This document shows positions 61,427-64,000 of a stretch of DNA of 64,000 bases, one piece after another. The notes below the pieces were generated by a model. The model ran no database searches and was not told the origin of the DNA. It saw only the letters and a program-made list of their open reading frames with translations. The number at the start of each line of letters is the position of its first letter. Positions within the stretch are counted from its first letter, which is position 1. The stretch lies in contig CBDCNP010000002.1 in NCBI GenBank assembly GCA_965219415.1, positions 3,360,001-3,424,000 of the forward strand, read 5' to 3'. Both the position numbers and the translations under genes were made by a program. Source of the DNA: Candidatus Marinacidobacterales bacterium. GTDB taxonomy: Bacteria; Acidobacteriota; Vicinamibacteria; Marinacidobacterales; DATDRI01.

Positions 61427-63031
61427 GTGGGTCTCCGCGTTCTGGTCGCCGATCGGATCTCTCCCGAGGGGATCGAGATCCTAAAGGGGGCGGCGCAGGT
61501 CGACGTGCGCACTGGGATGAGCGCCGAGGATCTAGCCGAGGCGTTACCCAACTACCACGGGCTGATCGTGCGAAGCCAAACACAGGTGCCCCGGCAGGCT
61601 CTGGAAAAGGCTTCTGAGCTTCGCGTCATTGGACGCGCCGGCGTCGGAGTCGACAACATCGATATCGACGCCGCGTCGGAACGCGGCATCATCGTGGTAA
61701 ATGCTCCCACCGGAAATACGATTTCCGCGGCCGAGCTCACGGTGGCGCTGTTGCTGGCACTCGCCCGTCACGTGGTCTCCGCGGACAACAGTCTTCGCCG
61801 CGGAGAATGGAACCGGAAGTCCTTTGTCGGAGTGGAAGTCCGCGGGAAGACCGTGGGGGTGGTCGGCATGGGTCAGGTGGGTTCCGCCGTTGCTCGTCGC
61901 TTGCGGGCGATGGAGATGGAAGTGCTCGGGTTCGATCCGTTTGTTCCGGAAGAGCGCGCTCAGATGTTGGGGGTCGAGCTCGTGAGCTTGGATCGTTTAC
62001 TCGAACGCTCGGACTTCGTCAGCCTCCACTGCGCGCTGACTCCGGATACCAAGCATCTACTCGGTGAGGAACGACTAACGAAAATGAAGCCCGGCGCTCG
62101 CTTGGTCAACGCGGCTCGTGGAGGCTTGATCGATGAAGCCGCGCTTCTGGCGGCGCTCGAGTCCGGGCAGATTGCCGGTGCGGCGCTCGATGTGTTCGAG
62201 GATGAGCCTCCCAAGAAAGATAACCCGTTGCTCGGACATCCGGGGGTCATCACCACTCCCCATCTGGGAGCGTCCACCGTCGAGGCCCAAGAGCAGGTGG
62301 CGCTCGATGTGGCTCGCGAAGTCGTGCACGTGCTTTCTGGAAGGCCGGCTACTGCTGCGGTGAATGCGCCGGTTTTGGATCCGGAGACCCTCGCCGCTAT
62401 CGGTCCGTACATGCCAGTGGCGGAGATGTGCGGCAGTGTGGCGACGCAGCTCGGTGGCGGCGCGTGGAAGCAGATCGAAATCGATTACCAGGGAGAGTTG
62501 GCGAACTACGACACCACGGCCCTGAAAACGGCTGTGGTCGCGGGGTTGCTCTCGACGATCAGCGAAGAGCAAGTAAACGTGGTTTCCTTGCAACATGTCT
62601 TGACGAGACGTGGCTGGCACGTCGAAGAGCGCAAAATGGACGACGCGGGTCCGTATACCAACCTCGTCTCAGTTCGTCTCCATGGCCAAGGCGGCGAATC
62701 TCTCGTTCGCGGCACTTTGGTCCACAGCGTTCCCCATATCGTGGAGATCGATGGCTTCGAGGTGGACGTCGCCCGAAGCGCGCTGAGCCGGGGTGAAGAC
62801 TACATCCTCATCGTCGAGAACGAGGATCGCCCAGGGCGGGTGGGGGCGGTTGGCAATGCGCTCGGCGAAATGGCGGTGAACATCTCTCATATGGCGGTAG
62901 GCCGTAGGGATCCCAGAAAGGCTCGCGAAGCGGTCATGGTCTTGAGCATGGACCGTTGCCTCGATGCAGAAGAGCTCCGTTCCGTCGCCGCGATACCAGG
63001 CATCGAAAAGGTTCTGCAGGTTCGCTTCTAG
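61427..63031 (+). CDS. serA: D-3-phosphoglycerate dehydrogenase
   Basis: GRAGVGVDNID, NAARGG, TPHLGAST, ASB and ACT C-terminus; GTG start at 61427. Confidence 0.95.
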   Translation: MGLRVLVADRISPEGIEILKGAAQVDVRTGMSAEDLAEALPNYHGLIVRSQTQVPRQALEKASELRVIGRAGVGVDNIDIDAASERGIIVVNAPTGNTISAAELTVALLLALARHVVSADNSLRRGEWNRKSFVGVEVRGKTVGVVGMGQVGSAVARRLRAMEMEVLGFDPFVPEERAQMLGVELVSLDRLLERSDFVSLHCALTPDTKHLLGEERLTKMKPGARLVNAARGGLIDEAALLAALESGQIAGAALDVFEDEPPKKDNPLLGHPGVITTPHLGASTVEAQEQVALDVAREVVHVLSGRPATAAVNAPVLDPETLAAIGPYMPVAEMCGSVATQLGGGAWKQIEIDYQGELANYDTTALKTAVVAGLLSTISEEQVNVVSLQHVLTRRGWHVEERKMDDAGPYTNLVSVRLHGQGGESLVRGTLVHSVPHIVEIDGFEVDVARSALSRGEDYILIVENEDRPGRVGAVGNALGEMAVNISHMAVGRRDPRKAREAVMVLSMDRCLDAEELRSVAAIPGIEKVLQVRF

Positions 63032-63068
63032 AAACCTCCTGTCTATCGGGGACTCAACTCTTGCCGTA

Positions 63069-64000
63069 ATGAGAAAATTCGGCCAGCTGAAGCAGGAATT
63101 CAAGCCGATGCTGCAGCTGGCATTGCCAGTGGTGGCGGCGGAGCTGGGTTGGAACGCCATGGGGATGGTCGACACCCTGATGGTGGGTCGAGTCAGCGCC
63201 GAGTCCATTGGTGCCGTCAGCCTGGGAACCGCCCTTTTCCTTGCCGTTGGGATCTTCGGGATCGGGATGTTGCTAGGGCTGGATACACTCGTTTCCCAAG
63301 CGTTCGGCGCAGGGAAGATCGAAGAGTGCCACCGCTCTTTGGTTCAGGGTGTGTACCTGAGCTTCATGCTCGCACCGCTTCTAACCGGCGTCATTTGGTC
63401 GGTCATCCCGTTTCTCTCCCATTGGGGAATGAACCCCGATGTCTTTCCGCTCACGATTCCTTACTTGAAAGCAGTTACTTGGAGCATGCTCCCGCTGCTT
63501 CTCTACGCCACGTTTCGCCGCTACCTTCAAGGTATGGGTTTGGTCAAGCCGGTCATGGTGGTGCTGGTAACTGCCAACCTCGTCAACGTGGCGGCCAACT
63601 GGATCTTGGTGTTCGGCAATTTGGGTGCACCGGTTATGGGTGTCGAGGGAGCGGGTTGGGCCACCTGCATCTCGCGAGCCTATCTGGCAATTGGTCTGGT
63701 TGCGTACACCGTCTACCACGATCGACGCTATCGAACCGGCCTGTTTGACATCCCTTTCGGAATCGAAGTGCAGCAATTTCGTCGTCTACTAAGCCTCGGT
63801 TTCCCCGCCGCGCTCCAAATCACGCTGGAGTTGGGAGCGTTCGCGGCCGGCACGGCGTTGGCGGGCAAACTGGACTCCGCGTCCATCGCCGCGCATCAAA
63901 TTGCTATAACCGCCGCGAGTTTCACATTCATGGTTCCACTCGGAGTCTCATCTGCGGGGGCAGTTCGGGTGGGACACGCCCTTGGACGGGCGGATGTCGC
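63069..64000 (+). CDS. MATE family efflux transporter (3' end outside window)
   Basis: LALPVV, VDTLMVGR, SQAFGAG, GVEGAGWAT, AAHQIA. Confidence 0.9.
   Translation, partial: MRKFGQLKQEFKPMLQLALPVVAAELGWNAMGMVDTLMVGRVSAESIGAVSLGTALFLAVGIFGIGMLLGLDTLVSQAFGAGKIEECHRSLVQGVYLSFMLAPLLTGVIWSVIPFLSHWGMNPDVFPLTIPYLKAVTWSMLPLLLYATFRRYLQGMGLVKPVMVVLVTANLVNVAANWILVFGNLGAPVMGVEGAGWATCISRAYLAIGLVAYTVYHDRRYRTGLFDIPFGIEVQQFRRLLSLGFPAALQITLELGAFAAGTALAGKLDSASIAAHQIAITAASFTFMVPLGVSSAGAVRVGHALGRADV

Overview
A ~60% GC bacterial chromosomal window. Gene content (acidobacterial VWA-type N-terminus, DUF4388, PilZ/STAS, TamB-BamA fusion, START-like paralogs) suggests Acidobacteriota, possibly Vicinamibacteria; this is inference. 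It contains six IS elements: three near-identical ISL3 copies, two different IS256 elements (one nested in an ISL3) and one IS5. About 20 genes are broken by IS insertion, frameshift, premature stop or deletion, while the amino-acid biosynthesis genes (thrC x2, thrB, lysC, hom, class-V aminotransferase, serA) are intact, which suggests a genome in early erosion. The main leads are: (1) a sigma-54-controlled, translationally coupled envelope/lipid module (CDP-alcohol phosphotransferase, GtrA, LolA-like, two secreted START-like paralogs, divergent bEBP, -24/-12 promoter and upstream activator repeats); (2) a dispersed, degenerate ~45-60 bp repeat family that occurs intergenically, overlaps a promoter -35 and is also translated in frame at the N-terminus of an ABC ATPase; (3) a frameshifted ~1,640-aa secreted lipase/SdrD-B/IPT/FG-GAP protein carrying three copies of an unrecognised Cys/His domain; (4) a SAM-I riboswitch controlling a second ThrC paralog with lysC and hom. 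No rRNA, tRNA or CRISPR array was seen. All family assignments come from motif recognition by eye, without database searches.
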